From the NCBI GenBank assembly GCA_943704425.1, contig CALSCP010002427.1, positions 8,718-72,717 of the forward strand: a stretch of 64,000 nucleotides of DNA, read 5' to 3'. Made by a program: the position numbers and the translations under genes. The stretch's first letter is position 1, and the number at the start of each line of letters is the position of its first letter. Below are positions 9,841 to 22,000 of this stretch, piece after piece. Source of the DNA: Ministeria vibrans ATCC 50519 (Eukaryota; Protista; Filasterea). The notes beneath the pieces were generated by a model. That model searched no databases. It worked only from the letters and a program-made list of their open reading frames with translations, and was not told the DNA's origin.

Positions 9841-12800
9841 TCACCACCACCACTGACACGTTGATCGACACTGCTGCTACCGCTCATGCTGGACGTGGCC
9901 TTTTCTCGCATTCGTGTGAGCGACGCCAAAAGCACATCAGCTCCATTCGAGCCGCAATACTCATCCAATTCGTCGGCCACCTCGTCGCCTTCCCTCTCAT
10001 CAAGCAACGCCCGTTCCGCACTAGCGGCATCAAGCAGTGCCTTTAGTTTTGCTGCATCGACTTCTTCTTCCTCCCGACGGTCGACCAAAGCTAGTTCAGC
10101 CTCAATTTTCTCCAGATGTCTCGCTGCATTTCGGTATAGAGAACTGACTGGATATATCCTGTCCAACAGAAACTCCCGCAGGCGACGCAGCAGCCCCACC
10201 GCTTCCTCTGACAAGTCATCTTCCTTCTCCTGCAGCATTTTCACTGCATCATCACAGATGTACACCACGTTGGACCGGTACATGTCCCACACAAGAGTAT
10301 GTTCACCTAATGAAACCACAATCTCACTCACTGCTGCTGCCGTCTCCACACCATCACCAGCGCGCCCAACCACCATCGCTGGCTTGAGTTGTGCACAGTA
10401 CATCACACGCAACTCTTCAATTGGCATCATCGGGGGGACGGCAGTGGGATCGGGAGGGATGTCCACCACCAGCCGGCAGAATGCCCGTATCAGCCGTGCT
10501 ACCAACGGGTAATCATGCATCGCGATCTCGACTTGGCCGGCCGGACAAAAATCCACGTCACAGGCACCTTCAAGCTCTCGTAACTGCATTCCAGCAAAAA
10601 ACCGCTCAAGATGCTGCTTGTGGTCTTTATCAGAAGAGCCGGACTCGAGCAGTCGCCCGCGTACGGTTTGCTGCTCAACCAAAGACAGGTCCGAGTCGCC
10701 AGAAATGCAAAGCACCGTGCTCGGGCCCATACGCTGCTTCAGCACATACAGACAGGCGTCTCGTACGCTGTTGTTTTGGACGGAGAAGAAGCGCACTTCC
10801 TCGAGCGAGCGCCACGATTGCTTTTCACCTTCCACAAGCCAAAAAGTGGGGAAGATGCGTTGGTGAGCAAGACGAGAGCGAAGGAAGTCCCAGTGAAGCT
10901 CAACGTCTGCGTCAGTTGTCGCTTCGATGATGGTAGTGCAATCGTGCGCCAACCAGGGCTTCGGTTTGGCCCAGTTGACCATAGCAAGGGACACAACTTC
11001 CAACACGGCCTGTCGGTTCTCATATTGTTTTGGGTCATCATGGAGAATGAGAAGAGAGGCATTCACAACGCGGAGGTAGTGATCCAGAGAAGGATGTTGA
11101 ATAACACCAAGACGAAAAAACATTTCCGTAGCGCGACCATAATCGATATCCAGCGAGATAAGGTCAAGACCGCGTGTGCTGGGGTGCAATGCGCGAAATT
11201 TTTTGAACATGGGAGAGCGAGAGATGTGTGACGGATCTACGCAAACACAGTCGACGGGCTTCACAAAGGTGCCTTCCATCAAATTCGAATTGGGCAACTT
11301 GCGGCGCTCCACAAAGATGCAATGCGTCTGGGACACGAGATGTAGATCATATTGTTTCGTGCACGAGAGACTAAACGCCTCATAGAAGTCAGCGAGAGCC
11401 TTGTCGGATGGCACCAAAAAAGGCTTAGGATGTTTCATGCCGCGCCAACCAGCAATGATGTTCAAGAAGGAGCTTACGTGAATTTCCGACTCTAGTGACG
11501 CCACACCAAGCAGTTGCGCAAGATGCTTGTCGGGACACGGCCGACCCAAAGGAGTTGAAGGAAACGGCTCGAAAACGCGAGCCGCAGGGCTGTTGGCAAG
11601 CACAAGATGACGAGGAACGCTGCCGTGTGGTGGGTACCACTCAGTGGTCTGTAGCACCTCAGCAAAGGTTGAGAGTACCTTGATTGTTCTGTTGTCGTTG
11701 TTGTCGTTGTCGTTGTTGTCATGGTCGTCGTTGTTGCTGTTGTCGTCAGTGAGCTCGGCTGGGGGGATCGGGACACAACGCAGACGCACTGTGGCGACTC
11801 TACTCGCACACTTGGTACGCTCGTCAAGATACTTCGACATGCAGTTGAGTAGAGTTGCGCCATGGTCAGTGACGTGCTTGCCATGGAGAAGTACCCGTTC
11901 AAGATCACTCGACATTGTTGTGTCGTCAATGGTCACATGTAGAGTCGACGACCCGCTGAGATGCTCCATTATTGTGTTACAAATGTGACTCGACACCCCG
12001 GCATCATCAAGAGAGCGGAGCAGGTCAGCGGAGCCCCTTTGGCAGTCTAGCGTGATTTTGCAGTGGAACACACGTGGTTGCGGGAAAGCCGTCACACCCA
12101 GCTCCTTCAAGAGCGTGAACCATCGCTTGAGCTCATCATGGCTAGAAGTAGCTGCCCCAGTGTATTGAGGAGAGACACATGTCCAGTGCGACGCCCATAC
12201 TTCGGCACCGGAGCATTCTTCGAGAACACCAAATTGAGCGGGGAAGTGCGGATCGCTCGTTGCAATCGCTGACACGCGCAAAAGCTTGTCGTCATCATTG
12301 ACAATGTGTGCATCAACGGTGCGCATTTCGCGCGCGAGACGGTGCAGGTCAATGTTTGGGCAACTAAAAGCAAATGAGAGCATTCCAATGAAGGCGGTAG
12401 CGTCGAGTAACTTGTTGGTGGAGGCCATCACTGGAAGAACATGATCCCACACAAAGTGTTCGGTGCCTAGCGACACCAAGCCGAGACGCCGGAGAAGGCG
12501 CATTGCATCGGGAGACTTGACGGCAACACGGTGAAATGTTTGATCGAGCAGAGGGACTTCGTTCTGTCGCACACGCAGGACGCAATTAATGCCATGCTCC
12601 TGTGAGTCAATTAAGCCAGTCGCACAAACACCCTCGTACACTTTTGGCGACTTCATGAACGATGTCAGAGTCCCTGAGCTTAGAGGTACAAACGCCTCCG
12701 AGCGCAGCTGCTGCTCCATACGAATCAGCGCCGATGCATTACACCGAGTTATCCTCTCGAGCAGCCACACCAGAAATACGTGCGGATCGACATGGCCAGG

Positions 12801-15800
12801 GTCGTTGTGATGATCTGTGGTGGGCACGCCACCGCCACTGCTGCTGCTACTGGACACGCAGGAGTCGCCGACACAGGAGAGCAACGGAATAAGCAGAGTT
12901 TCATCGACTTGACGCAAACCCAACGACTTGGCCGTGTCAGAAGCGATGAAAATACCAGGACGCACAAATTGAAGACGAAGGTGCCGTTTGACAAGGCGTT
13001 CAAGCTCATAGGCAATGTGTACATCAAGATGTGGCAGTCGCATCACCGCTTGATCAGGCCGAACAAAGATGTCGTCTCCCACCGGAATACACTCCTTCTC
13101 TCGTAGCTTGTTGAGAATGTCGCGAGCTGACACCTGGAAAAATTCGGTTAGCTGACCGGACGGTGAAGGGAGAGCCGCAAAGAACACATTCATAGGCATG
13201 TCCTCCTGTTCTTTCACACCCTTTCCGTCAATAGTCTGATCACTCTCATTCTGCTCAGACGGACGCACTGTCACCGGTAGCGCACGGTGATTCGCATCAA
13301 AGGTTGTCTGTCGCTCAATGAAGAGGTCGCACGCAGCCACGATAGCCACCGGAAGGTTGTCACGCAGCCAAATGTTCCAGCGAGATCCCGCATCAACCGC
13401 CTCACGCGAAGACGGCACTTGAAAGTCGCCCTGAACAATAAACTTGAAGCCATAATCACGGAGCGGGAGAAACGCAAAAACTGGCTGTGAGTGAACAGCG
13501 GCCAGACAAATAGGAAAGGCAAGCACAAGCTCAGTCTCAAAAACACCATCGCGCAAACCGCGCGGCGGCTTCAGCGTCTTCACCACGGTGAGCCACGATT
13601 GCGTTGTGATGTGGCAGTTCTGATCACGTTCGAACGACTGCTCTTCAACGTGCCGCAATAGGCCGTCGTGCTCGTCGCGTCGCAGCAGCTCCCGACGCGA
13701 GCCATCAAAGGCATCGACAATGACCAGACGACGCAGTCGGTGCAGAAAGAGCAAGAGCGATGGATCAATTTCGCTGAGACGTTTCTGTAGTTCCGCCACA
13801 ATCGTCTCATAGGTAGTGTTGGCAGGTGTCGCATTGAGCGGCAGCACAATGCGAGTGCAGGGCGCATCCGACTTCCACTCTGGCGGCGCCTGAATGGGCT
13901 CGGGCAAAAGATAGCCAAGGCCGTGAGTCGCATCGGCATCAAAGGCGAAGTGGAATTGCCGCGAGTGGACACGAGGTCGCGAGGACACTCGAAACACCGA
14001 CTTAAACCCGATACCCTTGTTACCAGTGTAGCCGGCAGCATCCCGTGGCTTCGTGCTCTGAGCAATGTCGCATAGAGCGCGCACATGAGTCTCCGTGAAC
14101 CCGAACTCATTATTCTCAAAAACCACTGCATCGTCACTGAGAGTGATAAGCAGCGAAGGAAGATCTTTTGTGGCGGCAGGATAATGGTTGTCGTCCGCAT
14201 TCTGCACAAGTTCAAAGACAAAGTGAATATCTGTAGCGTACAGTTCGGCGGCAAGGTTGCGCACTGAGCGCTTTGTGAGCTGCCGGAGCTCCCCAAGCTG
14301 AGCACAGCCCTTCTCACTCAGCTCATCTTCAAGGCCGCGGCCCAAACGCATCGCAATCGAGTCGCACACTTCTTTACACGAGGAGGTTGAGCTTGCAACA
14401 AGTGTTTCAGAGAAGTCAACGAGGGCAAGGTGATCACCATGTGCAGGCATCACCGTGGGGATGGTGTTGTTTTCATTGTTGGAGGGATCAGGCAGCGATT
14501 GGGGAGCGACATTGGATGGTGTTTGAGAATGGAGCTGTTGTGGAGGTTGTGAAGCCCGAACTTGTGGACCACCAAAAAGCTGCTCAACGTGGAGCCACTC
14601 GGAGACACGCAGGCTGTGCGAGGCGGCTGTGAAAAGTGCGACACGTTCAAGGGACGTGAGCAAATTCAAGGGGTCTTGCAGACGAGAAGCAACCACACGG
14701 CGCAGTGCAGCATCTTTCGCAAGTGGCTGAAGAAACAAGGGTACAGCCATACAAGTAAAGAGCGCAGAAGACGGGGACAGAGCAGTGGCAGCGGCAAGTA
14801 GCGTCGCAACGAAGCGCATCAAGTCGTCTGCAACGGTGATACGGTCATCAAGGTACAGGCGTATAGATGAGGAGAGCGCAGTAACCACAGCCCCAATGGA
14901 CTGTCGCTGAATCGCCATAGCCACGGCGATGGCACACGCCTCACGGCCCTGACCAAGGAAAAGAGCGGTCTCAAAGTCCAAAGCGTCACGGGGACTGGTG
15001 TGTGGGAGTCGAACAAGCTGAGGATCATGTGGGAGTGACGAGAGTGATGCAAGGGAGATGCCACGTAGCTGAAGCTCGGCCTGCTCTCGCGTCACAAACT
15101 CATAGAGTGAGCACCCCATGGTCGAGGCAAAGGTTTTAGACCACTGAAGAATAGCCTCAAGACTAATAAGAACAGGAGCAGTGGCAATCATCTCAAATGC
15201 CTGCAAACGCAACGTATCCGAAGTCGATTCTTCGCCAGAGACAGGTGCTGAAACCCCCAACTTTTCCTCTTCTTGGGCAAGCAGCTCCGCGTTGAAGACA
15301 CTTGCGGCGTCCGATAGTACGTTGTGGGACCGCGATTGCGCGTTGAATGTGTGCTCAAGCAAGTCGTATAGGCATTGGGCGGCGGGAACTGCTGTGAGAA
15401 CGATCTCTTGATGCTTCGTGAGGAGTGACGCGAGTGATCCGACGTTGAGGTCGGCAAACAAACCGCATGAATACTCGTTCTCAATGCTCTGCTCAACGAG
15501 CAGCAACGTTTTAATCGGACCAGCAACAGGTGCACGCGGAACATTGAAAGCGCTCTGGGAGGATTCACTATGCAACTGGTTCAGAGCCAAAATGACACTT
15601 TTGAGAACGGACTCTTGATCATGGGAGTTAGTCGACACAGGAAGTACAGAAGGAGACGGGCAAGAGAAAGCACTGGCAAGGTCAGGTGCAGCAGAGATGG
15701 AAGGGTCGACGACAAGCTGAGTGGAAGCACGCGAAGAATATGCCTGGATAAGAGCGGTGTCAAAGAACGCCTTGAGGCGGGAATGAGAGGCGGCAAAGGC

Positions 15801-17477
15801 AGCGAAGGAGCAGGGCAGGTCTGTGTCGGCATGAAGACCGAGACAGCGAACAAAAGCCTTCTCAAGAACGACAATGTTGTCAAGAGCGGAGTAGTTGCGC
15901 CAGTCAAGCGACTTGCTGCGCGCCACGCCAAGAAGCTCTTGTTCAAGCTCGGGGGACTCGCCAAAGCAGAGGGAATGGGCGCGCATGAGAGCGGACGCAT
16001 CAGACGGCTTGCTGTTGAGATCGCGACGATACATGTGCAAGGCGTAGTGCAACATAGAAGTGACGTCGAGGGCATGCAAGAGTTCAAGCTCCGAAGCACA
16101 ACGAGAGCTGGGGGAGGAGAGCTTTTTTTTTCGCTTGAGTTGCTGTTGTGCGTTTCCGTCCTTGAGAACTGAAAGAACGCCATCGATAGAGGCACGTTCA
16201 GTGGCGCTCGGGGAAAGTTGCCGAATGATGCGGCGCACAACTATCTCTTTCGATTTGCCCTCGAGAGAGTTCTTTTTTGACGACATGTCCGGGCCAATGA
16301 ATGCCTTCAGCATAGCGTCATCATCGTCGTTGCCAGCATCGGTGGTGGTGCGCGCAGTAAGCATGGCCTGATGCTGCACGTCGTCCACACGACGCAAAAT
16401 ATCAACAAACGAGTCAAAATGTTGCGTTGCGTCCTTGTTGAGTTCGAGCACTGTGTCCGTGGCCGTCTCACGCTCAAGAGTGCGTGCAATGGATGAAAAG
16501 TGTTTCGAGACTTCCAGCCGGCGGGAGCGCAGTATTTGTGCAGGGGCGAGACTCTGAGCTCGTAGTGCACGTGAATCAAAGAAGACACCGTTGCGCCGGA
16601 GAAGTGCTGCTGGATTGCTGATGTCGCATGCGGGGTCTCGTTCCCGAAAGTACATCAAGAGAGCAGAGATAATGGCAGGAGGTTCGACTTTGCGCCACGG
16701 ATGCACTAAGACAAGGGAAGCCCACAGGTCGTCGTCAAGGACCTGTGGGATGTCGGAGTCGGAAGCGATGGAGCGCACTTGGTCCAAGCCAAAGAGGGTG
16801 CGGACTTGAGGGTGATAGACGAGCTGGCCGAAGCCAAGGTCGCAGATGCGCTTCAATTTGGCGTTTCGAAAGAGATGATGCGACAGAATTGCTTGCTTGA
16901 GCGAGTAGAGGCTGAGAAGAGGCACAAAGTGGCAGCTGGAGAGAACGATGGCGTTGATGGTCTGAAGCTGGGTGTACAGCGTGTACGCGATCCGGCCACA
17001 CACGGGCTGTGGGAACGTTTTGCGGAGTTGACGGATGATCGTTTCAAGAAGTGGTTTGGTTGCAAACGTCTTGCCAGGGAGAGCCCGGCCCAGGAGCTGG
17101 TAGGCCATGATGCTTGCATTCAAATCCACGTCAGAATCGTCCAAAGGAATGTTAGGCGGAGCAGGAGGGAGAGCGGGAGAAACACGTTCGCGTTTGCCCT
17201 TCACGCTTTGCGGAGAAGGAAGCGGACGCGGCAGCAGCAAAGACGATCCGGCCCTCTGTGCAGTCTGCAAGCATGCCGACGTGGTAGTAGGAACGCTTGG
17301 GCCTGCCGCATCCTCTAGTAATGGCTGACGAGGAGGAAGTGGAGTTGATGTTGGGGTTGACGCAACGACGGATGCAGACGCGCCAGCTTGCGGCAGACGC
17401 GCCGTCGGAGACGTCTGTGGTCCCACAACAGGGATCTCCTTAAAAGGCTGTTCTTTCTTAATCTTCTTTCGGGGCAT
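9078..17477 (-). CDS. NO VEIN / sacsin-like protein: GHKL (HATPase) domain plus C-terminal DUF3883 PD-(D/E)xK nuclease-like domain; intronless, 2799 aa
   Basis: GHKL motifs LYATDIHFVFELVQNADD, NNEFGFT...ALC.I..STK and GNKGIGFKSVF (~14230-13940). Downstream sacsin-type motifs LLFLHRLR and VFAFLP..DYGFKFIVQGDF...SSRE.V...WN. C-terminal LGRWGE..A...WVNE..ESG.PFDL...FVEVKTT...F.IS.NE (~9435-9130). Confidence 0.9.
9759..9839 (-). repeat. Coding (GGC/GGT)n repeat encoding 27 consecutive Gly in the NOV-like protein
   Basis: CCG/CCA run on the + strand, in frame. Confidence 0.95.
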
Positions 17478-17749
17478 TATGTGGGAATTTGTGTGATCAG
17501 TGATAACTGAACTGTTACTGAAGAGAGTGACTTAAAAAAAGGTCGCGTATCATAACACACATTAGAGTTGCCTCTATGGACCTCCTAATAATGACGGATA
17601 CATAACACATATCACGAATTACATACCTATGAATCATGATGGCTATTATACGTACATAGGGCACCCACAGGGTCAATCCTGTGTGATCTGAGCGAAAAAA
17701 AAAGAAAATGGAAAAGTATGAATTAATAGGAATCATCATTAATTTCCCG

Positions 17750-18021
17750 ATGCAGCTCTTGTGGCCCTTGGTCACGCTGGCGCTTGCCTGCATCACCGTC
17801 GATGCGGTCCAACTGCCCTTTCGAACGTCGTTCGACGACAACTCCTGGAGGTAAGAAGTGTGTGCGAGTGCCAACCGCAAACGCCGACCGATCCCCTTTC
17901 CCACGTCAAATTAGGACCTCCTGGACTGTTGTTGGCGGCGATTCGACCGCCCCTTGTATCCCAGTAGGCTATGAGAACGCCCTTGCGTTCCAGGGCGGCG
18001 GAACAACTCGTTCAGCGATAA

Positions 18022-18022
<1 letters not shown>
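17750..18022 (+). CDS. 5' fragment (exons 17750-17850, 17915-18022) of a secreted protein starting with a reelin-subrepeat-like sequence; 3' part not found
   Basis: MQLLWPLVTLALACITVDA (signal peptide) followed by VQLPFRTSFDDNSWRTSWTVVGGDSTAPCIPVGYENALAFQGGGTTRSAI. Has a 64-bp GTAAG...TTAG intron and a second donor GT at 18023 that runs into poly(A). Confidence 0.6.

Positions 18023-18024
<2 letters not shown>

Positions 18025-18057
<33 letters not shown>
18025..18057. repeat. Poly(A) homopolymer (~33 nt)
   Basis: Directly visible. Confidence 0.95.
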
Positions 18058-18060
<3 letters not shown>

Positions 18061-18124
18061 GGTAAGACACGTCATCAACCGAATGAGATCAAAAAGCGCT
18101 CGCGCCCATTTCAGTCCACCGAAC

Positions 18125-18253
18125 CTTCATATCGCGCAGCGCAAGTCGGCGAGGTCGTTCGTGGTCGTCGTTTGTGGGCGACGACGGGGCCGACGACGGG
18201 TTCGCTTCGCTGTTTGGAGTGGACCGACGCGTTCTGGCTGTGAACCGTTTCAT
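18125..18253 (-). CDS. Possible first exon (43 aa, MKRFTARTRR...LALRDMK) of an unidentified gene whose remainder is missing
   Basis: CAAAATG start context, GC-rich coding-like composition, candidate GT donor at 18124 leading into a U-tract. No recognisable domain. Confidence 0.3.
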
Positions 18254-18854
18254 TTTGAAAGAAAAAAAAAATTGGCGACCCAAGCGCTTTTTTCTTCCAA
18301 AGTGCACTGCCAATACAACGGTCGCCCTAGATAGGTTTTGGGAGGGGAGAAAGTAAAAACAAATGGTGAGTTTTCTTTTAGAATTTTGATTTTTTATGGT
18401 TTTCCCTTATTTTCATTCAGTCTCTCCCTTTGGTGCAACATCGGGGAATTGTCAAAACGCCTCGCGGATTTCCGAGAGTTCCCTCCGCTGGCTCCACACC
18501 TTCGCTTTTTGTCAGTTGACACCGTTGCAGTCAACGAGGTCGGCTAGCGTTTACACAGTCATTTTTTTTTTGAATTTTTTTTTGAATTTTTTTTTGTTTG
18601 AAACCAATATTAAAATATGAAACACCAAAGGCTCCAGTCCACTCCTTTTTCTTCAAGGGTCTTAAGCCCAAGGGATCAGCAGTCAGCACTACTTATTCCA
18701 CTAAGAAATACACCACACCCTTCAAGTTTCAATAGGCTTTTCTCGACAAATCTGAATCGGCTGTCGATTCTTCACAACTCCCATGTCCTTATTTGGACAA
18801 GAAATATTCAATATACATCGTATCTTAGATCTTTACTCTCTCAGCATATCGCTT

Positions 18855-18950
18855 GTTACTCTCTCTCTCTCTATCACTTTGTCTCTCTCTCTCTCTATCA
18901 CTTTGCCTCTCTCTCTCTATCACTTTGTCTGTCTGTCTGACTCTCTCTCT
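18855..18950 (-). repeat. Second locus of the CAAAGTGATA-(GA)n minisatellite (three copies, reverse orientation)
   Basis: CTATCACTTTG x3 embedded in (CT)n. Confidence 0.85.
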
Positions 18951-19073
18951 CCATAATCCATGCCACTCAACCACGGAAGCAACATTGTTGTTGAGGACTT
19001 GCGATCGCTGGTTCTCATCCTCCTGTCTAACTCTTCCTTCTCTCCAACTCTCTCCAACTCTCTCTCTCTCTCC

Positions 19074-22000
19074 TTAAATCAACTCTTCGTCATCATCATC
19101 GACAGCGCCACCGGACGGCATGGGAACAACTTGGTGCTCCCCACTCAGCATAGACGGCACCGCCTTGGCATCGCTACTCGTATTGGCCCCCAACATGGCT
19201 CGCTCCATTCTGCGCTGACGTTCCAGCTCCACTTCGTGTGCCTCTTCCTCGGGATCCGCCGTAAACGAGAAGACTGGCTGCGACGGTGGCAGCGATGACG
19301 CTGTTGGGGTCGTGACGGGAAGTGGTGGTACACCAGAAACAGCTGTGCGTTGCGTTTGCTCACGGTCGCGTACCCGCGCCATCTCCGCCTCGTCGTCCGT
19401 CTGAAACAACAATACGTCGCTAAATGCCATAATAGGAGCCCGTGTGGGCGGCGGCGAGCGCAGGCGAGGCTTGCTCCGACCCGTGTACTCGCCGTACTCG
19501 TCGTCTTCATCGTCGTCGTCACCATACGCGTAGTCTTCGCCACCGTCGTCGTCGTCGTCGTCGTCATCATCGTCACCACCATCGTCCGACACGTCCGCCA
19601 GCGGTGGCGGCGAGTGCATGCGACGTCGCGGTGCACCCGTGTACCGCTCACCCTCGTCAAAGTTTTCGTCGTCGACAAACACCCCCAGGTCGTCCGTCTT
19701 GTCCTTCAGGGTCTCGTCGCCCTCTTGAATAACGTCGTTGTAACCCATGCGCGTGCCCTCCGCCTCCAGTTCCGCCTTGGCCAGGCGCGCCTGCTCCGCC
19801 AAGTCGCGGTCCGACCCGCCGCCCCGGAATACCGCACCGCCGACTGTGAGCATGGCTGCCTCGCGCGCCGTGTCTTTCACCAGCGAGAACCGTCGCTGGT
19901 AGTTGTCGTACTGTCGCACACTCATGTCATGCATCTGGATCGCCTCGCCGTCAGCCGCTTCCGCATGCAACTCTTGCGTGCTCGACATCCTCTTGCTGTG
20001 CAAGGTCGTCGCCCCGCCACCATTCGCCTCCTCCTCCGCCTTTCGCCGCCGTCGACGCACGCACCAGCACACAAGCAAGATCAGCAGAATCAGCGCCACC
20101 GCTGCAACCACCCCAGCAATTATGGGAATCGAGCCGCTCACTCCCGACGACGAACCTGCCGCAACCGCGTCGGGAATGCACCAGCGCGTAATCCAGTCGA
20201 CAAAACGCTCGCTGTCCAGCGTCGAGCACAGCGCCGTCAACACAGCCTGGTCGCCTCCGCTCGAGTTGGTCAGCGACTGGCATTGCGCCACATACGCCAT
20301 CACTGAGTCGAGACCGTCCGCAAGCGAACTTTGCAGCGCCGTCAGTTGCACACACTGCTGCTCGTAAAAGGGCGCCGCCACCGACACGTACACACCGCAG
20401 TCGAGCGTCCCATTCACTGCATTCACCAGCGCTGCACACTCCGCATTCGCCTCCACTTCGAGCGTCGTATTCGTAAAGGGCACCGCCTCACCCGCACTAC
20501 TCAGCGGCGGCAAATCCACCGGTGCATCGCTCGTCACCCACGTGGGGCTGCTGCTTGACGTCAGTCCCAGTCGTCCAATCGTGGGCGCCACCGAATCCTG
20601 GGTGTCGCTGCCTTGGCCCTCGTCAAACTTGAACAGTGACTCGACGCCCGTCGACGTACCGCTTACACGCGACCCATACTGCGCCAACAGCTGTGTGCTG
20701 TTCAGCGCCGCCGTGTCCCGCACCGTCATGTCGTCAACCTCACCCTCAAACACCCCACTGCCAACGGCACGTCGTCGTCGTCGAAGTGCCTCTGCTGGCT
20801 CGCCAAACGCACCCACAACCCAACGCGAGCCAGGCTGTAGTGCATTCGCATCGAGACTCACCGCCACGGGTCCGTGCACCGCGCGCGCCGCGTCAATCGT
20901 GTACACCTGTAGATCCGAGCCGTCGTCGAGCCACTGGAAGATCACCTGCGTCCACTCGTTCACCGCCATCGCCAGCGCCGTGTCCACGTCCGACGCCGTC
21001 GGCTGGTACTGCACGCGCAACGTCCCACCCTGATTGCTCAGCGCAAATGTCTCAGCATACGACAAGAACACACCACCTGCACCCGCCGTCTCGTTCGTGC
21101 CCCGCACATACACGGACAGCGTCATGCCAGGCGCTGCTCCGAAGCTAAACGTGTTCACCACGTTCACCGACACCGCCGAGCCTTGGCCGTCGTATCGCAG
21201 GCAGAACCCTGCGCCCGTCACGTTCACAGCCACCTCGGCAAACAGCGCCACCGACTCGCCGGCCGTCAACTCAAAGTACGGCGCAAATTGCGTCGCCAGT
21301 GCCTCGGGCGTCACCGCTGTGCCCGTCAGCGTGGTCGACGGACCCGTCCGGAAGTCGCTCGTCGCGTCCCCGTTGCACGAGCCAAACAGTCCCTCAAGCA
21401 AGACGCACTCGTTCAGGGGCACGCGCGACGTCAACGAAATGGTGCCCACGCCGAGTGTGCTGCCCACGCGAAGTACCACCAGTTGCTCGTTGCCGCCCGC
21501 AATTGTGTACTCAATCGTCTTGGTGCGGCGCAGCGTGTAGCCAGCCTCCACCGGCTGCAGTCCTACAGCAGGCGCGCCCGCCACAAGCGTCGTTGCCGTC
21601 CCATTGAGGTACACCGCACCCTCACCCGTCACTTCGACGCGAATCACACCCGCCGTCGTGTTCATCGACACCACCGCCGACGTGAGACACGACGCCTCGC
21701 CACACACACCAAAGCGCCCAGCCATCAGCACCGTGCCGCCGCGCGACAAGAAAAAGTCGCCGAGCGGGAAGAGCGGATACTGCACGCCGTGGTACGTCAC
21801 AAAGGTGCCGCCAGGCGCACTCACGGCAGTCGACGTGGTCGCGTCGTCGGGCAGCCCAATCGTCGCAATGGTGCAAGAGGCGCCACTAAAACCCGTCGTA
21901 CACTCGTCGCACACCTCGCTGCCACGCCAATTGCCCTCACACTCGCAAACACCCGTGTTCACGTCGCACACGCCATTTCCACCGCACACCAGTCCGTTGG

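Noticed and set aside
7057-17477. SPO11 (TopoVI-A) next to a GHKL ATPase as a possible TopoVI A/B pair
   Set aside because: The ATPase has NOV/sacsin motifs (ELVQNADD, GNKGIGFKSVF) and DUF3883, not the TopoVI-B transducer layout. Adjacency is most likely coincidental.
17480-17745. Possible box C/D snoRNA or MITE in the AT-richer intergenic stretch
   Set aside because: Only imperfect C/D-like words; no convincing terminal stem, TIR or TSD.
18616-18845. Compositionally distinct segment sharing AGCAGTCAGCAC with positions ~56-67; possible TE fragment
   Set aside because: A single 12-bp match and no recognisable transposon protein motif in any frame.
21795-21830. GDPH autocleavage site expected at the start of a VWD domain
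   Set aside because: The sequence reads SAPGGTFVTYHG; there is no Asp-Pro motif.
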